From Candidatus Latescibacterota bacterium (GTDB lineage: Bacteria; Latescibacterota; UBA2968; UBA8231), in assembly GCA_965243025.1 (NCBI GenBank), contig CBDETY010000003.1, positions 4,864,001-4,928,000 on the forward strand: a DNA stretch of 64,000 nt, read 5' to 3'. Position numbers and translations under genes: made by a program. Below are positions 38,251 to 51,490 of this stretch, in pieces (positions within the stretch are counted from its first letter, which is position 1; every line of letters starts with the position of its first letter). The notes beneath the pieces were generated by a model. That model saw only the letters and a program-made list of their open reading frames with translations. It had not been told where the DNA came from and did no database searches.

Positions 38251-40776
38251 TCAGCCGTCGTCCGGTCTTGGAGGAGGTTGATTTCCGTTGCCTGAGTCCG
38301 GCATCGGATCACCGTTTCCTCCGATGGCGGATGCCTCTCCGTTGATTTCCCGGGTTTGGGACACCCGGGTCATGTCGATGACCCGATCCCCCTGATCCAG
38401 ACTGATGACCCTGACTCCCTCGGTATTGCGACCGATCTTGCGAATCCCGGCGACGGGAACGCGAATCATGATTCCGTTCTGGGTGACGATCATCACTTCG
38501 TCGTTCTCGGATACCTCCTTGCACGCCACAACCCACCCGTTGCGAGCGGTCGTTTTGATATCGATGACGCCCATGCCGCCGCGGCGAATCCGGGAGTACT
38601 CCCGGGGCTCGGTCCGCTTGCCGTAGCCGTTCTCGCAGAGGGTGAGTATGCTGCCCTGTCCGCGCAGAACGACCATGTCGACCACTTCGTCGCCGCCGCG
38701 CAGCTCGATCCCCTTCACCCCGGTCGAAACCCGCCCCATGGGGCGCACATCACTCTCCGTGAACCGCACCGCCTGGCCGCTGCGGGTTACCAGCATTACG
38801 TCGTCGCTGCCGTCGGTGATCGAGGCGCCGATCAGGTTGTCGTCCTCCTGAACCTTCAGGGCTATGATGCCGTCGCGGCGAACGTTTCCGTAGGCGGACA
38901 GCACCGTCTTCTTGATGATTCCCTTGCGGGTGGCGGTGAACAGAAAACGGTCCTCGGAAAACTCGCTGACCGGGACCACCGCCGAAATGACGTCGTCCGG
39001 CTGCAGATCGAGCAGGTTGACCACGGGCCGCCCGCGCGCCGCCCGGTCCCCTTCGGGAATACGGTACACCTTGAGCCAACGGCATTGGCCTCGAGCGGTG
39101 AGGAAGAGGATGTAGGAATGGGTCGAGGCGATGAACAGGTGCTCGACGAAATCCTCCTCGCGCGTCTTCATTCCCGTGACCCCGCGGCCCCCGCGCTGCT
39201 GTACCCGGTAAGCGTTCGGCGACATGCGCTTGACGTAGCCCGCCTTGGAGATGGTTACCACCATGTCCTCTTCGGCGATCAGGTCCTCGATGTCGAACTC
39301 CTCGGCGGAGTAGACAATTTCGGTACGGCGCTCGTCACCGAAGCGTTCGCGAATGTCGGCCAGCTCGTCCTTGAGGATCTGCATCTGCGCGCCGCGGTTC
39401 TCGAGAATGTGCTTCAGCTGACGGATCGTCTCCTGCAGGTTCTGGTATTCCTCTTCGATCTTGTCCCGCTCCAGGCCTGTCAGCCGCTGCAGCGGCATCG
39501 TCAGGATCGCCTGTGCCTGGATCTCGCTCAATTCGAAACGCGCCGTCAGCCGCTGCCGGGCCTCGTCCGGATTGGCGGAGTCCCTGATCAGCTCGATTAC
39601 GGCGTCTATGTTGTCCAGGGCGATGCGCAGGCCTTCGAGGATGTGGGCCCTTGCCTCGGCCTTGGCCAGGTCGAAGCGGGTGCGGCGCAGAACCACGTCG
39701 TGCCGGTGCTCGACGTAGTGCTCCAGCATCTGCTTGAGATTGAGGATCTCCGGGCGGCCGTTGACGACTGCCAGCATCATAACCCCGAAGGTCGTCTGCA
39801 GCATGCTGTGCGAGAAAAGCTGGTTGAGAACGACTTCCGACTGGACGGCACGTTTCAGCTCGACTACGATGCGCATGCCGCCGCGCCCGGATTCGTCGCG
39901 AATGGCGGAGATGTCCTCGACCGTTTTGTTGCGCACGAGGTCCGCCATCTTCTCGAGCAGCGTCGACTTGTCGATCAGGAACGGGATCTCGGTGACGATG
40001 ATGTTCTCGCGCCCGTCCCTCCGCGTCTCGATATGGGTGCGGGCCCGCAGCTGGATCGAGCCGCGACCGCTGCGGTACGCCATCTGCACCCCGTGCATCC
40101 CCTGGATGACTCCCCCGGTGGGGAAATCGGGTGCCTTGATCTTCTCCATCAATTCGGGCAACCCGATCCCCGGGTTGTCGATCAGAGCCGTCAGCGCATC
40201 GGCGACCTCCCGGACGTTGTGGGGTGGCATCCTCGTCGCCATGCCGACCCCGATGCCAACGGATCCATTGCACAAAAGGTTCGGGAACTTGGCCGGCAGC
40301 ACCGCCGGTTCCTGTCGGGTTTCGTCGTAGTTGTCGACAAAGTCGACGGTGTTCCGGTCGATGTCGGCAAGCATTTCGACCGCCGCCGGGGTCAGGCGTG
40401 CCTCGGTGTAGCGCATTGCCGCCGGGGGGTAGCCGTCGATGGAGCCGAAGTTGCCCTGGCCGTCGACGAGGGGGTAGCGCAGCCGGAAGTCCTGCGCCAT
40501 GTGCACCAGGGTGGCATACACTCCCTCGTCTCCGTGGGGATGGTAGTTCCCGGAGGTGTCGCCGGAGATCTTGGCGCACTTCCGGAACCCGCGTCCCGGC
40601 AGGAGGTTGAGGTCGTTCATCGCCACCAGGATGCGGCGTTGCGAGGGCTTCAGGCCGTCGCGCACGTCCGGCAACGCCCGCGCCATGTTGACGCTCATGG
40701 AGTAGTCGAGGTAGGAGGTCTTTATCTCGTCCTCCACCTTTACCGGAATTATTCGCGACTCTGGATGCTCCAGCAT
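38251..40776 (-). CDS. gyrA: DNA gyrase subunit A
   Basis: [18 protein letters not shown] catalytic Tyr, GyrA-box QQRGGRG, beta-pinwheel repeats. Confidence 0.97.
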   Translation of the reverse strand: MLEHPESRIIPVKVEDEIKTSYLDYSMSVNMARALPDVRDGLKPSQRRILVAMNDLNLLPGRGFRKCAKISGDTSGNYHPHGDEGVYATLVHMAQDFRLRYPLVDGQGNFGSIDGYPPAAMRYTEARLTPAAVEMLADIDRNTVDFVDNYDETRQEPAVLPAKFPNLLCNGSVGIGVGMATRMPPHNVREVADALTALIDNPGIGLPELMEKIKAPDFPTGGVIQGMHGVQMAYRSGRGSIQLRARTHIETRRDGRENIIVTEIPFLIDKSTLLEKMADLVRNKTVEDISAIRDESGRGGMRIVVELKRAVQSEVVLNQLFSHSMLQTTFGVMMLAVVNGRPEILNLKQMLEHYVEHRHDVVLRRTRFDLAKAEARAHILEGLRIALDNIDAVIELIRDSANPDEARQRLTARFELSEIQAQAILTMPLQRLTGLERDKIEEEYQNLQETIRQLKHILENRGAQMQILKDELADIRERFGDERRTEIVYSAEEFDIEDLIAEEDMVVTISKAGYVKRMSPNAYRVQQRGGRGVTGMKTREEDFVEHLFIASTHSYILFLTARGQCRWLKVYRIPEGDRAARGRPVVNLLDLQPDDVISAVVPVSEFSEDRFLFTATRKGIIKKTVLSAYGNVRRDGIIALKVQEDDNLIGASITDGSDDVMLVTRSGQAVRFTESDVRPMGRVSTGVKGIELRGGDEVVDMVVLRGQGSILTLCENGYGKRTEPREYSRIRRGGMGVIDIKTTARNGWVVACKEVSENDEVMIVTQNGIMIRVPVAGIRKIGRNTEGVRVISLDQGDRVIDMTRVSQTREINGEASAIGGNGDPMPDSGNGNQPPPRPDDG

Positions 40777-40810
40777 TTTGGCGTTTTCTTGCCTTTTTCG
40801 GGTCTGATTG

Positions 40811-43090
<2,280 letters not shown>

Positions 43091-43104
<14 letters not shown>

Positions 43105-44203
43105 CCGCCAGGGGGATCTCGGTGAATCGGGCTGGTAGCTTTTCGTGTGGGGATTTGGGCGCGGTAATGACAACCTGACCGAAATCGGTCACGAGGTTCA
43201 ACAATTCCCTTGTTCGTTCCCCGTCGAGTTCAGAAAACATGTCGTCGAGGAGCAACACCGGCTGTTGTCCGTTACGTGCTTCCAGAAAACGCAATTCAGC
43301 CATCTTCCAGGCAATCAGCAAGCTCTTCCGCTGCCCCTGGGAAGCAAAGGTCTCCGCTGGTTCCCCATTCAGTTCGAACGAGATTACGTCCCGGTGGGGA
43401 CCGCAAAGGGTGTGGCCGGACAGCCTCTCCCGCTCTCGCCCCCGGTCCAGCTCCTCCCGAAGTTCGGCGCACAACTCTTCCCTGGTCGGCAGAGCCCCGG
43501 AATCGAGGGCGACGTCGGTGGTGCCGCTGTAAGCCAGTTTCAAAGCCTCGCGCCCGGTCGAGAAACGGGCGTAGTAGTTGGTCAACAAGGGCTGGAATTC
43601 AAGCAAAACCCCGAGGCGTTGTCGTCTGAGCGATCCTCCGAATTCGATAATCTGGACATCCCAAGGCTCCAGTTCGCGGCGAGATTCGGCGGCGGATTGG
43701 CAGCGCTTGAGACATCGGTTCCGCTGCACGAGAGCTCGCTGAAATCTCTGCAAGTCGTGCAGGTAGGACGCATCGGACTGCGAGATCAGGATGTCGAGCA
43801 GACGCCTCCTCTGAGCGGCAAAGCGCAGCACCAGGGTTACATCTTCGGGACAGAAATGAACGGTCTGAAACAGGGATACCAGATCGGACACGCGATCGAG
43901 CGGAGCGCCATCCAGGAAAACGCGTTTCCCCTGATCGGGAAGGTAGCACAACCGCACTTCCCGCTCGCGTCTCCCGTTGTCCCATACCCCACGGATGTCG
44001 AACTGGTTGCCGCCATGGGGCACTACTTCGCGGTCGCGAACTCCTCGCACCGACTTGCCGATCGACAGAAAGGAGATCGCTTCCAGAACATTGCTCTTGC
44101 CGCTGCCGTTCGGCGCGACGATCAGAACCCCATCCGGTGCCAGGGCCAATCTCGTGTTCCTGAGATTGCGAAACGGCCGCAGGGTCAGCTCGCGAATATG
44201 CAC
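43091..44203 (-). CDS. recF: DNA replication/repair protein RecF
   Basis: FRN, NGSGKSN, GPHRD, SQGQ, LLLDDMFSELD. Confidence 0.95.
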
Positions 44204-44229
44204 GGGATACGCCGTTTGCTGGCATGGTC

Positions 44230-45387
44230 CTAGGACCCCGCTGGTCTCATCGGCATCAGCAGATAGAAAAATTCTCCTCCCTCTGGCTGCTCTTCCGGCT
44301 TCAGGACGGCGGCGGTTACCGAATCCCGGAACTCGATTACGACCTTGGAGGTGTCGACTTTCCTCAGGATCTCCATCAGATAACGGGAGTTGTATGCCAC
44401 TTCGAGAGGCTCCTCGTCGTATTCAGCAGGAATGACTTCACGACCCTCGCCACCTACTTCCTGGCTCGAGGCTGTGAGTTCGAGGTTGTTTCCCTCCAGA
44501 GCCAGTCGCACCTGGTGGGTAAAGCTGCTCGAGAGGATCGATACCCTTCTGACCGCTGGGAGCAGCCGATCAACGCCCACACTCAATCGCTTGTCGTTTT
44601 CTCGTGGAACCACTTGTTCGTAGTCGACGTACGGGCCCTCGATGAGGCGGGACAACACCTGTGTGCTGCCGAGGTCGAACAGGACCTGGTTTTCTCCTAC
44701 GATTGCACGGGCAATCTCCTCAGGCCCATCGAGCAACTTGGTAAGCTGGCTGCAAAGCTGAGGGGGCAGGATAACCTCCGCGGTCCCCGCCTCACCTCCC
44801 GCTTCACCCCAATAGTGCCGGTATTCGGCCAGGCGACTCCCGTCGGTGGCGGCCATGGCCATGAAATCCGATTCCATCCGCCATAGGACGCCGTTGAGAA
44901 CGGGCCGCGTTTCGTCCCGCGAGACCGCAAAACTGGTCTTTTCGATCATCGATTGAAGCAAGTGCCCGAGGCCTTCATGGCCGAAATCCATCGTCAGTCC
45001 GGAGAGGGTTTCCGGAATTTCAGGGAATTCATCAGGCGGCGATGTCGCGAGCACATACCTTCCCTCACCGCTGTCGGGTTCGCCCAGGGGGCCGGACAGG
45101 GCCAACTTTCCGTTTTCCAACAAGAAGGTCAGCTGGGCTTCAGGCCACTCTCGTGCAATTTCTGCAAATGTCCGGGCAGGCACCGTAATCCTTCCGGGCT
45201 GCTGTACATTGGCTGGAATCCGGGTCCGCATCGACAGATCGAGATCTGAAGAAGAGAGTATCAGGCGGTCATCCTCGGCTTCGGCAAGAATGTTTGACAG
45301 AACCGGTTGGGCTGGCTTGGAAGCTACAGCATCGAGAATGGTGTCGATTCCTCGCCACAAGTCATTGCGTTCAATCGTCAGCTTCAT
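44230..45387 (-). CDS. dnaN: DNA polymerase III beta sliding clamp
   Basis: FAVSRDETRPVLNGV, ATDGSRL, YLLMPMR. Confidence 0.96.
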   Translation of the reverse strand: MKLTIERNDLWRGIDTILDAVASKPAQPVLSNILAEAEDDRLILSSSDLDLSMRTRIPANVQQPGRITVPARTFAEIAREWPEAQLTFLLENGKLALSGPLGEPDSGEGRYVLATSPPDEFPEIPETLSGLTMDFGHEGLGHLLQSMIEKTSFAVSRDETRPVLNGVLWRMESDFMAMAATDGSRLAEYRHYWGEAGGEAGTAEVILPPQLCSQLTKLLDGPEEIARAIVGENQVLFDLGSTQVLSRLIEGPYVDYEQVVPRENDKRLSVGVDRLLPAVRRVSILSSSFTHQVRLALEGNNLELTASSQEVGGEGREVIPAEYDEEPLEVAYNSRYLMEILRKVDTSKVVIEFRDSVTAAVLKPEEQPEGGEFFYLLMPMRPAGS

Positions 45388-45972
45388 CGAGAATTCTGCA
45401 CTTTGTGAGATGTTCTCCAGAACGGAATGCGGGGAAGGGGAAAAGACGCAGTGAGTGATTCACCTATACAATATATAGTAGGTCCCATAGAAGAAGCTGT
45501 CAACCGGTCGGATCTTGTCGGAGGAAGGTGGTTTATCAGAATAAACCAAGTAAAAACAATAGGATACAGGGATGATCCCCTGCGTTGATCACCGTTTCAT
45601 GTGCCTGTATGTACAGCTTGGGGGATATGCGTGTTTCTCGAAACTGCCTGCAGGGTATTAGTTAGAGACATTTATTTCATCATCTTTCTTTCTTGTCGTT
45701 GTATTTGTACCTGTGGGCAGGTGAAAAACACCGCATCGACCGTCACGTGGAGTTGTTATAAAACGTTGTTTTTCCTGGATATTTTACCAGTTCTGTCAGA
45801 GACGGCCAGGATGTGAATCGACCACTTCCGCCAAGTGGACAAAAAAGCCATGCCAACATCCGCCCGACCCCGGCGGAAATCGCGTTCTGACTTTCCCACA
45901 TTATCGCCACGTTTTCCACTGGGAGTTGTGGAGAATTCGTGCGATGTCCTGAAGCAAAACAGCTTTTCGAAA
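45388..45972. other. Probable oriC (dnaA-dnaN intergenic region)
   Basis: 585 bp non-coding and AT-enriched; near-consensus DnaA boxes TTTCCCACA (45892), TTTTCCACT (45912) and TGTGGAGAA (45927); trio-like TAG/AAG run at 45476-45496. Confidence 0.75.
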
Positions 45973-47481
45973 TCAGGCTCTGGAATGCTGTTGCTGGATG
46001 GACTCTGTAAGCGATTCGACCAGGTGGGAAAGGCTCGGATCCTGGTCGCGTTTGTTTTCCACCGCTCTTACTGCGTGGATGACTGTACTGTGATCGCGGT
46101 TTCCGAAATGAAGCCCAATCACCTTCAGGGAGCTTTTTGTCAACTTCTTGGCAAGGTACATCGCAATCTGCCGCGGGAAGGCAATCTCCTGTTTCCTGGT
46201 TTTTCCGATCAGTAGTTCGGGGGTGAGATCGAAGTGCTCGGCGACTATTCGTTGAATACCTTCAATGGTCAGATGAGTCGATTCGGACGAGACACGCTCC
46301 TTAACGATCCTGCGGGCAGCTTCGATGTTCAATTCCTGCTGATTTACTGCACAGTAAGCCATGATATGGTTCAGCGCACCTTCGAGCTCCCGAATGTTAC
46401 TGCTGATGTAGTTGCCTAGAAAGGTTGCAACTTCCTCTGTGAGGTAGATGCCGTTTATCTCGGCCTTCTTGTGGAGAATGGCTATGCGGGTTTCAAGATC
46501 AGGGGGTTCGATACTCGTGACCAACCCCCACTGAAACCGGGAAATCAGGCGCTCTTCCAGTCCCTGCAATTCACCAGGAGGACTGTCGCAGGTCATGGTG
46601 ATCTGTTTCCCGTTCTGGTGCAGGGCGTTGAAGGTGTGGAAGAACTCCGTTTGTGTGTGCTCTCCTTTCAGAAGGAACTGGATATCATCGACCAGGAGCA
46701 TGTCGGCACTCCGATAGAGTCGCTGAAACTCACCCGCTTTCCGCGTCTTGAGCGATTCGATGAAGTCGCTCATGAATTTCTCGGATGGCACGTAGGCGAC
46801 CTGCAGGTTGCTTTCATTCAATTGGGCCAAGTTGCCAATGGCCTGGAGAAGATGTGTTTTCCCCAACCCGACACCGCCGTAAATAACAAGGGGGTTGAAT
46901 TGTGTCTTTCCCGGCGACTTGGCGGCTGAATAGGCAGCAGCATGCGCAAATCGATTGCCCTCACCAATGACAAAACTGTCGAAGGTGTAGCGTTCGTTTA
47001 ACGGCGTGGAAAATGGACCGGGGGTCCACTCTCCCGGCAAGGCGGGGCTTTCGACCCGACTGGTATCCGGTTTCTCCCTGATCCCGGGTTTCCCGGCTTC
47101 GGCATTCCCTTCAGCTTTGCCGTCCCACAAGTCCCCCTGAGCCACTGCAGTGACCTTCGTGGAACCCCCATCTGGCCTGGTCGGAGAAACAGTCTCACTT
47201 TGCCGCTGGCTGGTGTTGTTGTCGGCAATGGAAAAAACGATACGGGGAACCAGGTCCGTTTCTTCCTTGACAGCATTCTGGATCAGCTTCAGATAGTTGC
47301 TTTCCACCCAATCCGCGAAATAGGAGCTCGACACCTCGATTTCGAGTAATTCAGCGTCAAAACGGCGGGCCAGGGTGGGACGAAACCAGGTATTGAAGCT
47401 TTGGGGGCGGACATGGCGCTCGATGTTCAGCAGGCAACGAGCCCAAAGTTCATGAGTTTCCTGCGATTGAGTAGTGATCAT
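45973..47481 (-). CDS. dnaA: Chromosomal replication initiator DnaA
   Basis: YTFDSFV.G..N, GGVGLGKTHL, DDIQF, RDHSTVIHA; start taken at MITTQ. Confidence 0.97.
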   Translation of the reverse strand: MITTQSQETHELWARCLLNIERHVRPQSFNTWFRPTLARRFDAELLEIEVSSSYFADWVESNYLKLIQNAVKEETDLVPRIVFSIADNNTSQRQSETVSPTRPDGGSTKVTAVAQGDLWDGKAEGNAEAGKPGIREKPDTSRVESPALPGEWTPGPFSTPLNERYTFDSFVIGEGNRFAHAAAYSAAKSPGKTQFNPLVIYGGVGLGKTHLLQAIGNLAQLNESNLQVAYVPSEKFMSDFIESLKTRKAGEFQRLYRSADMLLVDDIQFLLKGEHTQTEFFHTFNALHQNGKQITMTCDSPPGELQGLEERLISRFQWGLVTSIEPPDLETRIAILHKKAEINGIYLTEEVATFLGNYISSNIRELEGALNHIMAYCAVNQQELNIEAARRIVKERVSSESTHLTIEGIQRIVAEHFDLTPELLIGKTRKQEIAFPRQIAMYLAKKLTKSSLKVIGLHFGNRDHSTVIHAVRAVENKRDQDPSLSHLVESLTESIQQQHSRA

Positions 47482-47745
47482 CAGGCGATCGAGGCAGAAT
47501 TGGGGAAGGGATTGGAAACTGTAGACAAAGCGTGGAAAGCCGTCAAGAAAACCGGAGACCGCAACGAGGCCGGGACACAGCCGGGTCACTCCCGAGGTTC
47601 GGTGGGCCGGGTCTTCATTTGACAGATAGTGGAATCGTCACGATTCTCTTGAAATCGGCCTGCGTCAGAAAAGGTCGCACGATTGAAGCACCAGGCCCCG
47701 GACCCGAAACCGGTTTCCGGGCAAAATTACTTCTCAGGTTCTCCC

Positions 47746-47880
47746 GTGAAGCGCACATTTCAACCGAGTAACCGCAAGCGGCGAAACAAGCACGGCTTTC
47801 GCAAACGCATGCGCACTCCCGGAGGTCGTGCGGTCATCAACCGGCGGCGTCGCAAAGGTCGAAAGAAACTGACCGTCTGA
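47746..47880 (+). CDS. rpmH: 50S ribosomal protein L34
   Basis: [21 protein letters not shown]; GTG start. Confidence 0.96.
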   Translation: MKRTFQPSNRKRRNKHGFRKRMRTPGGRAVINRRRRKGRKKLTV

Positions 47881-47932
47881 TTTCCCCCAAAACCCCAACG
47901 CCGGGGGGACAATCAATTCGTTTCGTCGCACC

Positions 47933-48190
47933 GTGAGCTGGATTAAAGGGCGGTATCTGTGGGTGCGTCACGGGCGGCAGGCACCAGTTGTTCTTGTAGT
48001 TCGTAAGTCGCTTGGGACAGCCGTAGTTCGCAATCGTCTCAAGCGACGACTGCGGTCCCTTTGCCGCGAACGCTCCGTCCGCTCGGTCCCACTCGTTATT
48101 TTTCCGCAACCCTCCGCGGTACACGCCACATATCGACATCTCGAGGTTGACCTGGACGATCTTCTTGCCCAGATGGACCGGAAGCTCTGA
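47933..48190 (+). CDS. rnpA: Ribonuclease P protein component (short)
   Basis: AVVRNRLKRRLR (RNR motif); position between rpmH and yidD. Confidence 0.8.
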   Translation: MSWIKGRYLWVRHGRQAPVVLVVRKSLGTAVVRNRLKRRLRSLCRERSVRSVPLVIFPQPSAVHATYRHLEVDLDDLLAQMDRKL

Positions 48191-48405
48191 TGCGCCGGCT
48201 GTTCGTGGTCTGCATCCGGGCGTACCAGATCTTGCTGTCCCCGTACACTTACCCGGCGTGCCGCTTTCAACCGACCTGCTCGGAATATGCCGCCCAGGCC
48301 GTTGACAAGCACGGTTGCCTGCGCGGGGGACTCAAAACAGTATTGCGGGTGCTGCGCTGCCACCCCTTGGGCGGATGCGGATACGACCCCGTGGATAAGG
48401 TATGA
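48190..48405 (+). CDS. yidD: Membrane protein insertion efficiency factor
   Basis: CRFQPTCSEY...RCHP...YDPV. Confidence 0.95.
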   Translation: MRRLFVVCIRAYQILLSPYTYPACRFQPTCSEYAAQAVDKHGCLRGGLKTVLRVLRCHPLGGCGYDPVDKV

Positions 48406-50081
48406 TAGGCGACAAACGCACCCTGCTGGCGTTCCTGCTGATCGGGCTCATTTTCCTTCTTTTGCCCTACTACTACGAGTGGATGGGGCTCGCGCCAACC
48501 CCTCGGGAGCCCGACCCCGAGGTGGACCAGGTCGCCGAACAGGTGATCGGTGAAAAGAAAACGGAAGAGGTTGCCGCACCGGTTTCAACCGAGCCCGAAC
48601 CGATCGTTGAACCAACACCAACCCTGGAACAACCAGCTGTTTCTTCTCCTGCCGTTTTTTCCCCACGGGAGATTTCAGTACGAACACCCCTTCAGGAACT
48701 GACCTTTTCCACCGCCGGAGGAGTTCTCACATCTCTGAGACTGCCTCAGTATCAGCGGCGAGTGGGGGAAATCGTGGAGTTGACGCCCGCATCTACTCGT
48801 TCCCTAGCCATCGAGCTCAGGGATGAAAACGGTCGTTTGGTGCAGGACCTGGGTGAAGTGGAATTCTTTCCCAGCACGGAATCACTCACTCTGGAATCCG
48901 GCTCGAGCGGCAACCTGACATTGCGTGCGCAGCTTGGAAATGGACGACTTGTCGAGAAGCGCTTTCGCTTCGATGCCGATCATTACGGCGTCCAGATGGA
49001 GGTATCCTACTCCGGATTTGACGAGCAGACCTTTGCCCATCTTGTCTGGGAAGGGGGGATCGCCATTGCGGAACGGGCCGAACACGTCGACCTGGAATCG
49101 ATGCAGGCAATGGCCTACTTGAACGAAAGCCTGACTGATTTGCGGGCGGAAGCTGGGGAACCGCAACAATGGGCGGAAAAAGGTGCGCTTCGATGGGCTG
49201 GGGTGCGAAACAAGTATTTCATTACCTGCATAGCGCCGACAACGTCGAGCCGGTACAGCGTGGAGCTCGAGGCGCGCTATGCGGTTCCCGTTCCTGAATT
49301 CGATTACCGGGTCGGATTCAGGCTGTCACGCTCGGGTACATGGGAAGGACTGCTCTATATAGGGCCACTGGACTACGAGGAGTTGATTCTGTACGAAGCG
49401 GAGTTGGAGCGGGCGATGGACCTCGGCTTTCCCATTGTGCGGGAAATCAGCAAGGTGCTGATCGTTCTGTTCGTCGCCACGTACCAGTTCGTTCCAAACT
49501 ACGGCTGGGTAATCGTTCTGTTCGCCGTGGTTGTCAAGATTCTCGTCTATCCCCTGACCCACAAGTCGTACGAATCGGCATCGAAGATGCAGGAATTGCA
49601 ACCAAAAGTGGCAGCACTCAAGGAAAAGTTTAAAAACGACAATCAACGCCTCAGCCGAGAGACGATGAAACTGTATCGGGATGAAGGGGTAAATCCTCTG
49701 GGTGGGTGTCTGCCCCTTCTCCTGCAGATGCCGATCTTCATTGCTCTCTACCAAACCTTCAGCAGTACTATTGAACTCAGGCAATCCCCCTTCATACTGT
49801 GGATCGATGATCTGTCATTGCCTGATGAATTACCGATCGCCGGAATCTCCATCCACCTTCTGCCTTTGTTGATGGCGGCCGCGATGTTCTTTCAGTCTAA
49901 AATGACGATGAAAGACCCGAAACAGGCTGCCCTTGTCTATATCATGCCCGTTGTCATGGTTTTCATAATGTGGAGGTTTTCCTCCGGCCTGGTCCTGTAT
50001 TGGACCGTCTTCAACCTGTTGCAAATCGCCCAGCAACATCTCACCAACCTGTACAAACAGCGCAAGGCACAACCCACCTGA
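48402..50081 (+). CDS. yidC: Membrane protein insertase
   Basis: NPLGGCLPLLLQMPIF, GLVLYW. Confidence 0.96.
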   Translation: MIGDKRTLLAFLLIGLIFLLLPYYYEWMGLAPTPREPDPEVDQVAEQVIGEKKTEEVAAPVSTEPEPIVEPTPTLEQPAVSSPAVFSPREISVRTPLQELTFSTAGGVLTSLRLPQYQRRVGEIVELTPASTRSLAIELRDENGRLVQDLGEVEFFPSTESLTLESGSSGNLTLRAQLGNGRLVEKRFRFDADHYGVQMEVSYSGFDEQTFAHLVWEGGIAIAERAEHVDLESMQAMAYLNESLTDLRAEAGEPQQWAEKGALRWAGVRNKYFITCIAPTTSSRYSVELEARYAVPVPEFDYRVGFRLSRSGTWEGLLYIGPLDYEELILYEAELERAMDLGFPIVREISKVLIVLFVATYQFVPNYGWVIVLFAVVVKILVYPLTHKSYESASKMQELQPKVAALKEKFKNDNQRLSRETMKLYRDEGVNPLGGCLPLLLQMPIFIALYQTFSSTIELRQSPFILWIDDLSLPDELPIAGISIHLLPLLMAAAMFFQSKMTMKDPKQAALVYIMPVVMVFIMWRFSSGLVLYWTVFNLLQIAQQHLTNLYKQRKAQPT

Positions 50082-50113
50082 GGGCCAGGTTCCGGGTCCC
50101 ATGAGCCGCTGCT

Positions 50114-51490
50114 ATGGTGTGCCGCCCCACGATTGAGGGTTCTACGATCGTGGCTGTGGCCACTCCATCGGGAGCCGGGGGGATTGGAGTTGTACGCCTT
50201 AGTGGCTCCGACTCGATTTCCCTGGCCCGCACCCTGTTTCGCAGCGCCCCCCCCTTGGGAACACGGCCACGGTACGTCGAGTACGGCCGCATTCTGGATA
50301 AAAACGGCGCAGAGCTGGACTCTGGTTTGGCCTGGGTGCTGACAGGCCCACGGTCTTATACGGGAGAGGATACGGTCGAGATCAGCGCACATGGGAGCGA
50401 AATGGTTCTCAACAAGGTGGTCGAGGCCGCAATTGCCGGTGGGGCTACCCTGGCACGCCCGGGGGAATTCACACGACGGGCTTTTGTCAATGGCCGTATG
50501 GATTTGCTCCAGGCCGAAGGCGTCATCGACCTGATCCAGGCCGGGAGCAAGCACGCTTTACAAAACTCATATGGTCACACCAGCGGACGGCTTTCTCAGT
50601 TGGTGGGGACCCTCAAGGGCCAAATCGTGAGAGCCTTGGCATTGCTCGAAGTCAAACTGGATTTTTCCCAGGAGGAGGACGTAGATGTGGGGGCCGAGCA
50701 AATCGTACAGGAACTCGAGGCCGCCATTTCGCTGTCGCATCGACTGCTCGAAACCTTTGCCGGCAGTCGCTGCAGGCAGCAAGGTTATTCGGTTGCTCTC
50801 ATCGGCCGGCCCAACGTCGGGAAATCAACCTTGTTCAATGCCCTTCTCGGGGAAGACCGCGCCATCGTAACCCATACTCCTGGAACGACGCGTGATGTCA
50901 TTGAGGGGCAGGTAATGTGGGGAGGCGATTTGGTGCGCCTCAGGGATACGGCGGGGATTCGAGCGGCGTCAGGAGCGGCTGAGGCAGCCGGCATGGAACG
51001 AACTCGCCAAGAGGCCAGCGAGGCCGATCTTGTGCTGATTGTGACGGATTACTCCCGGCCTTGGAGTAAAGCGGACGAGGAGCTTCTCACATTACCGGCC
51101 GGCAATTCATTCCTGATCGTCAGAAACAAAATCGACAAGCCGTGCAAGCAAAGAATTCCCGCCGAGATCACTGAAGCCGTTTCGACTGTCTTTACATCGG
51201 CTTACGCCGGAACCGGTGTCTGGGATCTCAGGAGTGCAATAGTGAAACACCTCCCACAAACACAGGAGATCGAGGGGGTCGGTTTAACTCGGCAAAGGCA
51301 CGCTGGTCTTGTCGAACGGATCCATTCCGCATGCCAGGCTGCATCAGACGTGTTGGCAGAAGAGGAGATGGTGGAATGTGTCGCCGCCGAACTACATACC
51401 GCACTCTCCTGTTGTGGTGAGCTATTGGGCGAAAACGTCGACGAGGCCGTGTTGGACGAGATCTTCTCGGAATTTTGCATAGGGAAATGA
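50114..51490 (+). CDS. mnmE: tRNA modification GTPase
   Basis: GRPNVGKS, GTTRD, DTAG, NKID, FCIGK. Confidence 0.96.
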   Translation: MVCRPTIEGSTIVAVATPSGAGGIGVVRLSGSDSISLARTLFRSAPPLGTRPRYVEYGRILDKNGAELDSGLAWVLTGPRSYTGEDTVEISAHGSEMVLNKVVEAAIAGGATLARPGEFTRRAFVNGRMDLLQAEGVIDLIQAGSKHALQNSYGHTSGRLSQLVGTLKGQIVRALALLEVKLDFSQEEDVDVGAEQIVQELEAAISLSHRLLETFAGSRCRQQGYSVALIGRPNVGKSTLFNALLGEDRAIVTHTPGTTRDVIEGQVMWGGDLVRLRDTAGIRAASGAAEAAGMERTRQEASEADLVLIVTDYSRPWSKADEELLTLPAGNSFLIVRNKIDKPCKQRIPAEITEAVSTVFTSAYAGTGVWDLRSAIVKHLPQTQEIEGVGLTRQRHAGLVERIHSACQAASDVLAEEEMVECVAAELHTALSCCGELLGENVDEAVLDEIFSEFCIGK

